64,000 bases of DNA from Azolla caroliniana (lineage: Eukaryota > Plantae > Polypodiophyta), in NCBI GenBank assembly GCA_043228905.1, contig JBHGNT010000004.1, positions 16,678,001-16,742,000 of the forward strand, read 5' to 3'. Each line of letters starts with the position of its first letter. Within the stretch, counting starts at the first letter, position 1. The position numbers and the translations under genes are program-made. Of this stretch, positions 62,501 through 64,000 are shown one piece after another. Under the pieces are notes generated by a model. That model did no database searches and had not been told where the DNA came from. It was given only the letters and a program-made list of their open reading frames with translations.

Positions 62501-63933
62501 AGCCCAGAGTCTACTATCCATGTCTGTGTCAATCCATCATCGATTGACAATAAAGCATCAATAACATCTGTTTTGGTGATTTGCATGTCTTGAACATGAG
62601 CTATAAAGGCATCACCTGTAATACAAAGTACATCACCATTTTCACCAGATAGGTCTTCAATGATAACATTTGAAGCCATATTATCTTTCTCTGTTGTATT
62701 AAACTTATCATCTTTGTTTTTCTTCTCTCCTACATTCTTCTTCCTTTCTAGTTCCATCTTCCAATATCTACAATCAGGTTTCTTATGAACTTTACGGCCA
62801 CAATGATAGCATGTGATATCTTGTTGTTTTCCTTTCCCTCTACTCTTACTTCTATTTCTTTGTCCTACATTTGGGTTCCTCTTATCATATCTCCCCCTAA
62901 TATTGTATGCTGAACCACTACCTTCTCCGCTAGATTGTCTTCTAATCTCTTCACTGAGAATAGAGCCCCACACACCATCGAAGGTCAAGGTGGGGCTATT
63001 AGATAGTGAAACAACTAATGTTTCCCACGAATCCGGTAAAGTCATAAGTAGGAAGATAGCTTTGAGCTTGTCATCAAAAGCTGGTAATCCTGAATCTTGT
63101 AGTTGGGAGAGAGTACCTGTGAATAACGATAGATGCTCTGTTGCACCTTTCGACTCATCAAGCCTCATACTGACAAGTTTTCTCATCAAATGCACCTGAT
63201 TCACAGGAGTAGTATTCTCGTAAGTTTTCTTAAGTTTCTCCCAAACTTGATGGGCAGTAGTCAAGCCCTTTACATCTACAATAATTTCATCAGAAACAGC
63301 CATTTTAATATATGTAATGGCTTTCTTATTCAGAGTGTTCCAAGCATCATTTTCCATGCTCTCTGGTTTCTTTTCTACAAAAGCATCTTCACAATCTCTT
63401 AGAAAGAGGATGCCCAGCATACGCTCTTTCCACAATTCGAAATCTTTTCCATCAAATCTCTTGATTTCAAAGAGTTTTTTCACTTCAGCTGAAGTGGAGG
63501 CCATTGCTCCCAAGATTTATTACAGATGCCTTCAGAAATTGAGCAGAATACGAATAGGAAAGGGTCTAACAGATTTTTTTTAATCTGTGTTTTCTGCTGA
63601 TTCTGAATCTAAAGAAAAACAGCAAAGCAGAGGAAAGAGATTTGGCTTTGATACCAGTTAAAGGTAAAGAGGGATGTTTGACGGATCAGCTATTGAGAGA
63701 TGACGTTCAGCAAACAGGACTGTAGTAGAGATGAGAGTAGAGACACACAGATCTTTGGTGTACCCAACCGCCTTGATTGGTACACAAGAAAAAAAAGGTT
63801 ATTATATTAGTTAACCTTACAAAGAAAGTGGTGTGTTCACATTACAAAAAGAGGTGTCCTGTCCAGGTGAACAATGTGTTCACATATACGAATAATTACC
63901 TAATTTGTGAACTACGGGCCTTTACACCTAACA
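59525..63933 (-). mobile_element. Ty1/Copia element J nested in the gag of I
   Basis: 275-bp LTRs 59525-59799 and 63659-63933 (about 6 differences by eye). TSD TTCCC at 59520-59524 and 63934-63938. PBS TGGTATCAAAGCC. Gag ORF 62317-63513 and RT ORF 60403-61755. Internal deletions in IN (~62006) and at the RT/RNase H junction (~60320). Confidence 0.95.
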
Positions 63934-64000
63934 TTCCCTTCACAATCTTTGAGAAAGAGAATGCCTAAAATTCTCTCTTTTCATAAATCAAAACCACTAC

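Larger units (their letters stand above)
55460..64000 (-). mobile_element. Degenerate Ty1/Copia element I in the trihelix intron (continues past the window end)
   Basis: 3' LTR 55460-56414 (TGTTAG...CCAACA) next to a PPT. RNase H, RT, IN and PR fragments at 56450-58480. Gag is split by element J and resumes at 63934. Confidence 0.82.

Overview
A 64-kb plant genomic window, mostly nested retrotransposons. The element types suggest a seed-free plant such as a fern or lycophyte (inference). Boundaries were read by eye from LTR termini and target-site duplications (TSDs). From the left: the 3' end of a Copia element; a second, RT-deleted Copia whose 5' LTR carries a full-length RTEX-like LINE inside a (CT)n tract; and a very young, intact Tcn1-like chromovirus (10814-16566, minus strand) with a self-priming PBS, a heat-shock-element array and a -1 frameshift signal. 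Next is a 32.5-kb nest inside one Copia (17429-49993) holding two more Copia, a non-autonomous LTR element, a tRNA-Trp-primed Gypsy with 4-bp TSD, solo LTRs, a foldback element and a P-element-like DDE transposase unit. The only host gene is a GT-1-clade trihelix transcription factor (exons from 50893); its introns hold another foldback and two nested Copia elements. Three patterns stand out: tRNA-like A/B-box modules placed divergently upstream of the TATA box in three different Gypsy-type LTRs; foldback elements with integrase-type TGT...ACA ends and 5-bp TSDs; and a P-like transposase element without TIRs.
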